Assembly: GCA_944363035.1 (NCBI GenBank)
Contig: CALVTS010000001.1
Span: 64,691 to 128,690, forward strand
From: an uncultured Clostridia bacterium
GTDB taxonomy: Bacteria; Bacillota; Clostridia; Christensenellales; CAG-917
Reading direction: 5' to 3'
DNA: 64,000 nt
The first letter of the stretch is position 1. Each line of letters opens with the position of its first letter. Positions 28,421-36,731 of the stretch are shown piece by piece. Below the pieces are notes generated by a model that worked only from the letters and a program-made list of their open reading frames with translations, did not search any database and was not told the DNA's origin. Position numbers and translations under genes: made by a program.

Positions 28421-28633
28421 ATGTATGCCGCAGAACGCGCGTTTGCTCCGACTCGGCTCCTCGACCAGGGATGCCGGCGGCGATGACGCGCGTCCACGCG
28501 ATAGTTTATCCTTCGTAAACAGTAAATTACACTTCCGCCGCCCGCCGTGTCAAGCGTTATCTATACACACCCGCGAAATAAAGGGTGCGCGCGGGGCTTC
28601 GGAAGAGGCGCGGCGGACTACTGCCCTTTTAGC

Positions 28634-28662
28634 TTGATTTCTTACGGATACTATTGTATAAT
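28634..28662 (+). promoter_or_regulatory. promoter for the suf-like genes
   Basis: TTGATT, 17-nt spacer, TATAAT, 78 nt upstream of the 28740 start. Confidence 0.65.
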
Positions 28663-28739
28663 ACTCAAATCCGCGAAAAAGACGCTTCCCCGCGACATCC
28701 CGCGCGAAAGCGCCCGACGCGGCGCGGAAAGGAGAACGT

Positions 28740-29468
28740 ATGCTCGAACTCAAACACATATGCTACGACGTGGACACGGATCGTCCCGACAAAGCCAGGC
28801 GTATCCTCTCGGACGTTTCGCTGGGATTCCCCAAAGGGACGGTCACCGTCATCACGGGACACAACGGGAGCGGGAAGTCCACCCTCATAAAGCTCATCAT
28901 GGGCATTGACAAGCCGACTTCCGGGCGCATACTCTTTAACGGCGAGGATATCACCGACGCCTCCGTCACCGAACGCGCGCTGAAAGGCATGACCATAGCC
29001 TTCCAACAGCCCGTGCGCTTCAAGGGCATCACGGTGCGCAACCTCCTCGACGCCGCCTGCCGCAAGACCTGCACTACGGGCGAAGCGTGCAAGTATCTCT
29101 ACTCGGTGGGGCTCTGCGCCAAGGACTATATCGACCGTCCCGTGGACGACACCCTCTCGGGCGGGGAGCTCAAACGCATAGAGCTCGCCACCGCGCTCGC
29201 AAAGGGAGGAGAGGTGTTCCTTCTGGACGAACCCGAGGCGGGCATAGACCTTTGGAGCTTCGACGAGCTGGTGAGCGTGTTTGAAAAGCTCAGGGACAAG
29301 ACCGTGGTGATAGTCAGCCACCAGAGCAAGATCTTGCAGGCGGCGGACAGGATAGTGGTGCTCAATTCCGCCGCACAACCCGTCGTCGGGAGCAGAGACG
29401 AGATACTGCCCTCCCTCACGGACGTCGGCGCGCCCTATTGCATGAGAGGAGGGATGGCAACCGAATAA
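28740..29468 (+). CDS. sufC: SufC-like ABC ATPase
   Basis: GHNGSGKSTLIKLIMG, LSGGELKRIELATAL, FLLDEPEAGIDL and VSHQ. Followed 2 nt later by a SufB/D-family gene. Confidence 0.8.
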   Translation: MLELKHICYDVDTDRPDKARRILSDVSLGFPKGTVTVITGHNGSGKSTLIKLIMGIDKPTSGRILFNGEDITDASVTERALKGMTIAFQQPVRFKGITVRNLLDAACRKTCTTGEACKYLYSVGLCAKDYIDRPVDDTLSGGELKRIELATALAKGGEVFLLDEPEAGIDLWSFDELVSVFEKLRDKTVVIVSHQSKILQAADRIVVLNSAAQPVVGSRDEILPSLTDVGAPYCMRGGMATE

Positions 29469-29469
29469 T

Positions 29470-30387
29470 ATGGAAAAACTGGATCGCGAATTGTTGGAAA
29501 AGATAGCCGAACTCCACTCCGTCCCGGAGGGGAGCTTCAATATACGCAAAAACGGCGAACGCCTCGCCGCCAATTCCACCGAGGAGATAAGCATAGTCCA
29601 AAAGACGGACAAACCCGGCATAGACATCATCGTCGCGCCCGGCGTCAAAAACAAGAGCGTGCACATCCCCGTGATACTGACGGTGGGCGACTTCACGGAC
29701 ACGGTGTACAACGACTTCTTCATAGGAGAGGACGCGGACGTCACCATAGTCGCGGGGTGCGGCATACACAACCCCGGAAAGGGCAAGGCGGAACACGACG
29801 GCGTGCACACTTTCCGCCTCGGGAAACATTCCCGCGTGAAATACGTCGAACGCCACTACGGCGAGGGCGTGCAAGGGAGCAAGCGCGTCTTCGACCCCGT
29901 CACCAACGTCTTTTTGGAAGAGGGCGCGGTGCTCGAGATGGACACCACTCAGCTCGGCGGGGTCACGTTCACGGACAGGATGACGGACGCCGTCATAGGG
30001 GACGGCGCGAAACTGCTCGTCAAGGAAAGACTGCTGACCGACGGCGAGGAAAAGGCGATCTCCCGCTTCCGCGTCCTGCTGAAAGGCAAGGACAGCACCT
30101 GCGACATAGTGAGCCGCAATGTCGCAAGAGGCAATTCCCGTCAGGAATTCTACTCCGACGTGGTGGGTGAAAACAGCTGTTTCGGACACGTGGAGTGCGA
30201 CGGCATACTGCTGGACGGAGCGCGCATACTCTCCACCCCGCAGATAGACGCCGCGCACCCCGACGCCAGCCTCGTGCACGAAGCGGCGGTGGGCAAGATA
30301 GCGGGAGACCAGCTCACAAAACTCATGAGCCTCGGGCTCACCGAAAAGGAAGCTGAGGACGCCGTAATAAAAGGATTCCTGCACTGA
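29470..30387 (+). CDS. SufB/SufD family Fe-S cluster assembly protein (short form)
   Basis: 305 aa. The C-terminal part LVHEAAVGKIAGDQLTKLMSLGLTEKEAEDAVIKGF is typical of the SufB/SufD family. Beta-helix-like repeats lie upstream. Confidence 0.75.
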   Translation: MEKLDRELLEKIAELHSVPEGSFNIRKNGERLAANSTEEISIVQKTDKPGIDIIVAPGVKNKSVHIPVILTVGDFTDTVYNDFFIGEDADVTIVAGCGIHNPGKGKAEHDGVHTFRLGKHSRVKYVERHYGEGVQGSKRVFDPVTNVFLEEGAVLEMDTTQLGGVTFTDRMTDAVIGDGAKLLVKERLLTDGEEKAISRFRVLLKGKDSTCDIVSRNVARGNSRQEFYSDVVGENSCFGHVECDGILLDGARILSTPQIDAAHPDASLVHEAAVGKIAGDQLTKLMSLGLTEKEAEDAVIKGFLH

Positions 30388-30440
30388 CGTCACCATTCGG
30401 AACAAAAAGGTTTTTGCACAAAATCCGCATTTCATGTTTC

Positions 30441-30468
30441 AAAAACGCCGTATAAAACGGCGTTTTTG
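30441..30468. terminator. bidirectional rho-independent terminator
   Basis: AAAA-ACGCCGT-ataaa-ACGGCGT-TTTTG. Confidence 0.75.
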
Positions 30469-30710
30469 TTGTTATCGGCATACTCTGCTCCGAATGCGGA
30501 CGAAAGGCGCGAAGCGCGCGTCACGACGGGGCGGGCTCCCTCGGCGTGCCGAACGAAGATGGCGCGAAGAGCGTCGGGAGCCTCCTCCCGAGCCGCGCCG
30601 TCCGCTCCGCCGAACGCGGATTTTAAGGGAAATGCGCGCGCGTCGTCACAATACGCTTGCGCGGAACGCGCGCCTTATGTTATAGTTGATATATCAATTT
30701 TCAGTGGTGG

Positions 30711-33164
30711 ATGATGCAAGAGCGCGACCTCATTGCCGAAGCCGCGGACGCGGCGGAAGAAGGGACTTGTTCAGGGGAATTTTCGGGGCTCACCTCGGAG
30801 GAGGTAAGGGAGCGTATCGCCGAGGGGAAAGTCAACGGCGAACAGACCGTGCGCACCAAAAGCGTGGCGCAGATCCTGCGCTCCAACATCCTCACTTTCT
30901 TCAACTTCGTATTCGTGGTGCTCGCCGTGTTGCTCGCGGGCTTCGTGCCAGACGGCATGGACGGCATAGGGAATTTCGGCTTTCTCATCCTCATCGTTTT
31001 CAACACCCTGGTGGGCATATTCCAGGAACTTCGCGCAAAGCGCACGATGGACAGGCTTTCCCTGCTCTCCGCGCCCAAGGCGGTGGTCATCCGCGACGGC
31101 GAGGAACAGGAGATCGCGATAGAGGAGATAGTCCTCGACGACCTCACAGAGCTTGCCGCAGGCAGGCAGGTGTGCGCGGACGGCGTCATCGTGGAAGGGA
31201 GCTGCGAAGTCAACGAATCCCTCGTGACGGGGGAACCGGACGCCATAGTCAAAAACGTGGGCGACAAGGTGATCTCGGGAAGTTTCGTGGTGTCGGGAAA
31301 GGCGAAATGCCGCGTGGAGCACATAGGCGCGGGCAACTTCGTGATGAAGATATCTTCGGGCGCGAAATATTTCAAAAAGCCCACCTCCGAGATATGGCGC
31401 GCGCTCATGCTCATAGTCAAAGTGATGAGCATAGTCATCGTGCCCGTGGGCATCGCGCTGTTCTGTTCAAAATACTTCCGCGACACCTCCCCTCTCGACG
31501 ACACCGTGGTGACCACGATAGGTTCCGTGATAGGCATGATACCCTCGGGGCTGGTCGCGCTCGCGAGCACGGTGTTCTGCGTGAGCGTGATACGTCTCTC
31601 CCGCCGCAAGACGCTGGCGCAGGATCTCTACTGCGTGGAGACGCTGGCGCGCGTGGACGTGCTCTGTCTCGACAAGACGGGCACCATCACGGAAGGGAGC
31701 ATGGAAGTGAGCGGGGTCATCCCGAGAGAGGGACTGACCGAGGAGGGATTCAAGTCCGTCCTGCACGACGCGGTGACCGCGATAGACGACGACAACGCCA
31801 CGGCGGTCGCGCTGAAAGAATATCTGAAAGACATCCCGACCGTGCTGGGCGCCGAAAAGACGGTGCCTTTCTCCTCCGCCCGCAAGTGGAGCGGAGCGCG
31901 GCTGGACGGCGTGAGCTATGCGCTGGGCGCGGTGGAATTCACCCTCGGACACGGGGAGGGAGAAGTGTTCCGCACCGCAGAGAGATATGCCGAGGACGGC
32001 TATCGCGTGCTCGCGCTGGTTTCCTCAAAAGAGGACTTCATCGACCAGAAATTGCCTGATAAACTTTCGTTTGAGGGGTTTGTGCTCATCACGGACAAGA
32101 TACGCGACGAGGCTCCCGCGACCCTCGCCTTCTTCCGCGAACAGGGGGTGGACGTCAAGATAATCTCAGGCGACAATCCCTCCACGGTGCGCGCGGTCGC
32201 AAAGCGCGCGGGGCTGAAAAAGTGCGACGACATCATTGATATGTCCACCCTCACCACAGAGGAAGAGGTGCGCGAGGCGGCGGAAAAATATACCGTGTTC
32301 GGGAGGGTGTTGCCCGATCAGAAGCTCATGCTCGTCAAGGCTCTGAAAGCTGCGGGACACACAGTTGCGATGACGGGGGACGGCGTCAACGACGTCCTCG
32401 CGCTCAAAGAGGCGGATTGCTCCGTCGCCATGGCTTCGGGATCGGACGCGGCGAAGAACGTGAGTTCCCTCGTGCTCATGGATTCCAATTTCGCGTCCAT
32501 GCCCCACATCGTCGCCGAGGGTCGCCGCTCCATCAACAATCTGGAAAGGAGCGCCGCCCTCTACATCATGAAGACGGTGTACAACGTCCTGCTCGCCCTG
32601 CTCTTCATGTTCGTCAACGAACCTCTCCCCTTCGAGCCAAAGAACCTCACCCTGATAGGCGGTGTGACGATAGGGATGCCCTCCATAGTGCTCGCACTTG
32701 AACCCAACAACGAACTGGTGCGCGGGCGGTTCCTCACCAAAGTGCTCTGCTACGCTATCCCCGGCGGGATAATAGTCATGCTGGGCGCGGCGGGAGTCAT
32801 GGTGGCGGGCAGATATTTTCTGGACATCTCCCCCGAGGAGATGCGCACGATGTATTGCATCGTCACCACCTTTGTCGGGCTCATATATCTCTTCCGCATA
32901 TCCCTGCCGCCCACCCTCATCCACATAGGGCTGTGCCTGCTGATGGTGGGGATATACGTCGCCTGTTATGTCACAGAGATACCATTGATAATAGATTTCT
33001 TCGGGGTCAACAACAACATCTCGGCAGAAACGGGAGAGGCGATCGCGTCGATCTGCGCCGTGCTTGCGGCGATGTATGCCGTGGCGGCGTTCTTCACTCG
33101 GGATCTGCACACCGAGATAGACCGCGCATTGAACTCCCGCCTGAAAAAGAAAGTGAGCGTATGA
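30711..33164 (+). CDS. cation-translocating P-type ATPase (HAD-IC)
   Basis: 817 aa. Phosphorylation motif CLDKTGTITEG and hinge MTGDGVNDVLALKEADCSVAM, with about 10 TM segments. Ion specificity cannot be determined from the sequence. Confidence 0.9.
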   Translation: MMQERDLIAEAADAAEEGTCSGEFSGLTSEEVRERIAEGKVNGEQTVRTKSVAQILRSNILTFFNFVFVVLAVLLAGFVPDGMDGIGNFGFLILIVFNTLVGIFQELRAKRTMDRLSLLSAPKAVVIRDGEEQEIAIEEIVLDDLTELAAGRQVCADGVIVEGSCEVNESLVTGEPDAIVKNVGDKVISGSFVVSGKAKCRVEHIGAGNFVMKISSGAKYFKKPTSEIWRALMLIVKVMSIVIVPVGIALFCSKYFRDTSPLDDTVVTTIGSVIGMIPSGLVALASTVFCVSVIRLSRRKTLAQDLYCVETLARVDVLCLDKTGTITEGSMEVSGVIPREGLTEEGFKSVLHDAVTAIDDDNATAVALKEYLKDIPTVLGAEKTVPFSSARKWSGARLDGVSYALGAVEFTLGHGEGEVFRTAERYAEDGYRVLALVSSKEDFIDQKLPDKLSFEGFVLITDKIRDEAPATLAFFREQGVDVKIISGDNPSTVRAVAKRAGLKKCDDIIDMSTLTTEEEVREAAEKYTVFGRVLPDQKLMLVKALKAAGHTVAMTGDGVNDVLALKEADCSVAMASGSDAAKNVSSLVLMDSNFASMPHIVAEGRRSINNLERSAALYIMKTVYNVLLALLFMFVNEPLPFEPKNLTLIGGVTIGMPSIVLALEPNNELVRGRFLTKVLCYAIPGGIIVMLGAAGVMVAGRYFLDISPEEMRTMYCIVTTFVGLIYLFRISLPPTLIHIGLCLLMVGIYVACYVTEIPLIIDFFGVNNNISAETGEAIASICAVLAAMYAVAAFFTRDLHTEIDRALNSRLKKKVSV

Positions 33165-33214
33165 CTCTCTGAGGATACGCCCTCCTCCCGCAGGATAAAA
33201 CCAAATCAAACGCG

Positions 33215-33245
33215 TCCCTCCCTCGGGAGGGATCTTCCTTCTCTC
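33215..33245 (+). terminator. probable terminator after the P-type ATPase
   Basis: TCCCTCC-ctcg-GGAGGGA followed by the pyrimidine-rich TCTTCCTTCTCTC (weak U-tract). Confidence 0.45.
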
Positions 33246-33374
33246 GGAGCGAAGATCCCGTGACGACGGGGCTCGTCGGACAGAAAGCAAGGGTCGGCGT
33301 GACTTCTCCTCTTCAAACTCAATATTGATTTTCTTTGCCTATTACTTTATCATTGTTTTATCGGAGGGTCGAGG

Positions 33375-34916
33375 ATGATAAAAGAAGGTTACGTGAGAAA
33401 GGACGCGTCTCTCTTTGTGGGCGCCGAACGTCCCAAGCTCCCGCCGCGCACGATAGAGGTCTCCAAAAAGGCGATCCTCATCTCGGTGGTGATAGTGCTG
33501 GTGCTGGTCATCGCGTCCATAGTGCTGACGCAGGTGCTCCCGCGCGGCGCGTACGAACGCGGCACGGACGCGGACGGCAACGAATATATCGTGGAGGATT
33601 CCTACCGCGAGGACGAAAGTCTGCCCTCCCTCAAATGGTGGCAAGCCGTATTCGCGCCCGTACTGGTGCTGGACCCCGGGATGGACGGCTCCCTCATGGT
33701 GTGGGCGCTCATCGCCCTTCTCCTCGTCATAGGCGCGGTATTCACCGCCCTGGACAACACGGGAGTGCTGGTCTATATGGTGGAATCTCTGCGCAACCGC
33801 TTCAAGGGCAAGAAATACGTCCTGCTCTTCCTCCTCCCCTTCGCATTCATGTTCCTGGGCTCTTCGGCGGGGATGTTTGAGGAACTCATCCCCCTCGTCC
33901 CCGTGGTGGTGCTCCTCTGCTACGCGCTGGGCTGGGACGCGCTCGTCGGATTGGGCATATCCGTCCTGGCGGCGTGCTTCGGTTTCGCGGCAGGGGTGGT
34001 GAACCCGTTCACGGTGGGCATCTCCCAAAACCTCATGGGCATACCGATGTTCTCGGGGATAGAGATGAGACTGCTCACTTTCGTGGTCGCCTACATCATC
34101 CTGATGGCGTTCATCTTCCCGTACGCGCGCAGGATAGAAAAGAAACCTCAGGTCTCCCCCGTCTATCTCGAGGACACCCACAAAAAACACGGCTTCGACT
34201 TCGCCAACACGGATTTCGTATATGACGAGGGCAAATCAAAAGCTCTGAAATGGTTCGCGTGCTGGATGCTCGCCGTGGTCGGCATCGCGGTGCTCTCCAT
34301 CTTCATACAACCCACCTACATCCCCGAGCTCGGGGATTTCGCCCTCGCGGACTATGTGCTCTACATCACCGTGGCGATATACGTCGTCGCGGGCATAGGC
34401 GCGTGCGTGATGTGCGGATTGAAAGGCAAAGCGCTCTTCACCCAACTCGCCAAAGGGCTGGTCACCCTGCTCCCCGCCGTCGCCATGATACTCATCGCCA
34501 GCGGAGTGCGCTACATCATGGAATCGGGCAGCGTGATGGACACCATACTCTACAAGGTCATCGCCGCCTGCGAAGGACGCTCGCCCGCAGTCATCATACT
34601 GCTTGTCTATCTTGTCATCTTCGTCTTCGAGATGTTCATCCCATCGGGGTCGGCAAAGGCGTTCCTCCTCATGCCGATGATAGGCGCGATGTGCTCCCAG
34701 CTCGGGGTGGACGGTCAGGTGGCGGTGCTCGCCTTCGCGTTCGGGGACGGTTTCGCCAACGTGCTCCTGCCCACCAACGCGGGACTTTTGCTCATCCTGG
34801 GCATGACCACGGTCAATTATCCCAAGTGGATAAGGTGGAGCGGTCCCATACAGCTCACCCTCTTCGCCGCCACCGTAGGCATACTCATGCTGGCGCAATA
34901 CGTGATATACGCCTGA
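33375..34916 (+). CDS. YfcC / C4-dicarboxylate-anaerobic-carrier-family membrane transporter
   Basis: 513 aa. A single N-terminal TM, then an extracytoplasmic loop and a polytopic core (FLGSSAGMFEELIPLVP...GFAAGVVNPFTVGISQ) as in YfcC-type carriers. Confidence 0.75.
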   Translation: MIKEGYVRKDASLFVGAERPKLPPRTIEVSKKAILISVVIVLVLVIASIVLTQVLPRGAYERGTDADGNEYIVEDSYREDESLPSLKWWQAVFAPVLVLDPGMDGSLMVWALIALLLVIGAVFTALDNTGVLVYMVESLRNRFKGKKYVLLFLLPFAFMFLGSSAGMFEELIPLVPVVVLLCYALGWDALVGLGISVLAACFGFAAGVVNPFTVGISQNLMGIPMFSGIEMRLLTFVVAYIILMAFIFPYARRIEKKPQVSPVYLEDTHKKHGFDFANTDFVYDEGKSKALKWFACWMLAVVGIAVLSIFIQPTYIPELGDFALADYVLYITVAIYVVAGIGACVMCGLKGKALFTQLAKGLVTLLPAVAMILIASGVRYIMESGSVMDTILYKVIAACEGRSPAVIILLVYLVIFVFEMFIPSGSAKAFLLMPMIGAMCSQLGVDGQVAVLAFAFGDGFANVLLPTNAGLLLILGMTTVNYPKWIRWSGPIQLTLFAATVGILMLAQYVIYA

Positions 34917-35054
34917 CGGACAGGAGGAACAAAAGAACCCGAAACCACGCTCCCGAACGCATTTTGTGGGATATCCTTTCCTGCGGTGTTGACTGCGGCG
35001 GAAAATTGCCCCATAATATAATGTGAGGTCGCTTATCGGTCTCACGGAGTGGAT

Positions 35055-35582
35055 ATGGAACTTGCTCTCAAAGCCAAAAAAAGAAATTTCATCTTCGCTG
35101 TCGTGCTTACGGTGGCGCTCGCGGCAGGCATACCCTGCATAGTGATGGGCGCGATAGGGCTCAAACCGCCAAGCCACGACAACGCGGGATATATAGTCCT
35201 CCTGACATTCGGCATAATATGCGTGGTGGCGGGGTTTTACGGCTCGCCCATCGCGTGGTCACGTCTCGCCATCCTCAATCAGGAGCTCACCCTCGTGAAA
35301 GCGGTCACGGAGGAACACCTCCACACCGTGGCGGACCTTGCCCAACGGCTCTCCGTCAACGGGAAGACCGCTTCCGCCACACTCAACAACTGCATAAGAA
35401 AAGGATACCTCGTGGGATTCATCCGCGAAGGAGACGCCCTCGTGCTCAACGAAAACCGCGCCCTAGCCCCCACCGAATATACGACGGAATGCGCGCATTG
35501 CGGGGCGACGGTCACCCTGCAAAAAGGCGAAAGGAGCAAATGCCCGTACTGCGGCTCCCCCCTCTCTCTCCCCGAAAAATAA
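35055..35582 (+). CDS. membrane-anchored protein with winged-helix-like segment and C-terminal zinc ribbon
   Basis: ATG at 35055 with GGAG 5 nt upstream. 2 TM helices (FIFAVVLTVALAAGIPCIVMGAI, YIVLLTFGIICVVAGFYGSPIAW). HTH-like LHTVADLAQRLSVNGKTASATLNNCIRKGYLVGF. CxxC...CxxC (CAHCG...CPYCG). Confidence 0.7.
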   Translation: MELALKAKKRNFIFAVVLTVALAAGIPCIVMGAIGLKPPSHDNAGYIVLLTFGIICVVAGFYGSPIAWSRLAILNQELTLVKAVTEEHLHTVADLAQRLSVNGKTASATLNNCIRKGYLVGFIREGDALVLNENRALAPTEYTTECAHCGATVTLQKGERSKCPYCGSPLSLPEK

Positions 35583-35602
35583 TAACACCCCCAAAATGTC
35601 GC

Positions 35603-35632
35603 AAAAGCCGCTCGCCCGAGCGGCTTTTTTGT
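35603..35632 (+). terminator. rho-independent terminator
   Basis: AAAA-GCCGCTC-gccc-GAGCGGC-TTTTTTG. Confidence 0.8.
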
Positions 35633-35643
35633 TGTATGCTACG

Positions 35644-35804
35644 TTTTACTCCCACGTGAACTTTTTCGGGGCGTGCTTGACTCACACATAAACCCATTCG
35701 GAGTGGAGCCTGAACTTTACGTTTCTTTTCGGGGTGTGCTCGATTCCCACGTACACTTATTCGGAGTGTGCTTAAACACGACGTACACTTATTCGGAGTG
35801 GAGC
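35644..35804. repeat. left arm: 5 contiguous 30-33 bp units
   Basis: Units at 35644-35676, 35677-35709, 35710-35739, 35740-35771 and 35772-35804, e.g. TCGATTCCCACGTACACTTATTCGGAGTGTGC. They are the reverse complement of the right-arm units. Confidence 0.9.
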
Positions 35805-36536
35805 CGCCTAGCCAAACTTGCACAGGGCGTAGCCCTCTTGCAAGTCGGCGGCGACGAAGTGAGTGCCGAGGGCGAGACGTAAAGTGCGTCGGCAATGCGC
35901 CATTCTCTTCGCGAAGCGGGCGCATTGCAAGCGGCATAACATGGCGGCGCCGCAGAGGCGCCGTCCTCGGTAGCCCTCATGCCCGAGCGCCGAAGGTTTC
36001 CCCCAAAATGGTGGGTTCCCTTTTAAGGGGGAACGATTTTGGGGGAAACCCGCAGGAAGGGGGCAAAAATATTTCCCTGTCGCGGGGACGTAACCCTCAA
36101 ATTAAATTAGATTGAATCCCACGCACACTTATTCGTCGAGTTCGGGGACGCTCTGAATAAGTTTACGTCGTATTCAGGCTAGTTTAATGGGGTATACGTC
36201 CCCTAATATGGTAATATTGCTCCCCCTCCTCCCCTTCGGGACTCCTCCCCCACTCGGAATAGAGGACTGTCCTCCTAAAATGCGGGATATACTTTTTCAT
36301 AAAGGCGCATTCTGCGCCTTTATGAAAACACCTCTTGAAAAAGGTTTGAATCTCGCACTTGCATAATCAAGCGGATACCAGTATAGACTGAACGTCGCTC
36401 GCGGGGCGAGGAGGGCGACTCGACGCGCACCGAGCCCGTGTCTACTTAATTATCCGTCTAGCTTGCGAGGTCGCAGATACGCGCCGCGACTTGCAAGAGC
36501 GGGCGCAAACGCCCGCTGTGCAAGTTTGGCTAGGCG

Positions 36537-36731
36537 GCTCCACTCCGAATAAGTTCACGTGAAGTTCAAGCACACTCCGAATAAGTATACGTGGGAGTCA
36601 AGCTCCACTCCGAATGAGTGTTCGTGGGGTTCAAACACGTCTCCGAAAGAGAGACGTAAAGTTCAGGCTCCACCCCGAATAAGTGCACGTGGGAGTCAAA
36701 CACGCTTCGGACGAGTGCACGTGGGGTTCAA
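36537..36731. repeat. right arm: 6 contiguous 32-33 bp units
   Basis: Units at 36537-36569, 36570-36601, 36602-36634, 36635-36666, 36667-36699 and 36700-36731. Consensus GCTCCACTCCGAATAAGTGCACGTGGGAGTCAA alternates with a diverged variant, giving a period of about 65 bp. Confidence 0.9.

Larger units (their letters stand above)
35644..36731. other. ORF-free composite inverted-repeat element of unknown nature (MITE-like, iteron array or large structured RNA)
   Basis: Opposed repeat arms, a perfect 39-bp inverted core (35787-35825 / 36516-36554), an internal head-to-head unit pair (36112-36177) and a hairpin-rich centre. Only R/G/P-rich shadow ORFs are present. Confidence 0.6.

Noticed and set aside
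28665-30435. Minus-strand ORFs 28665..29810 (381 aa) and 29416..30435 (339 aa)
   Set aside because: They are antisense to the SufC-like and SufB/D-like genes, whose plus-strand products have clear family motifs. This is a typical high-GC shadow-ORF artefact.
35644-36731. CRISPR array interpretation of the 32-33 bp repeats
   Set aside because: The units are directly contiguous with no unique spacers. They occur in two opposite orientations and are degenerate, and there are no cas genes in the window.
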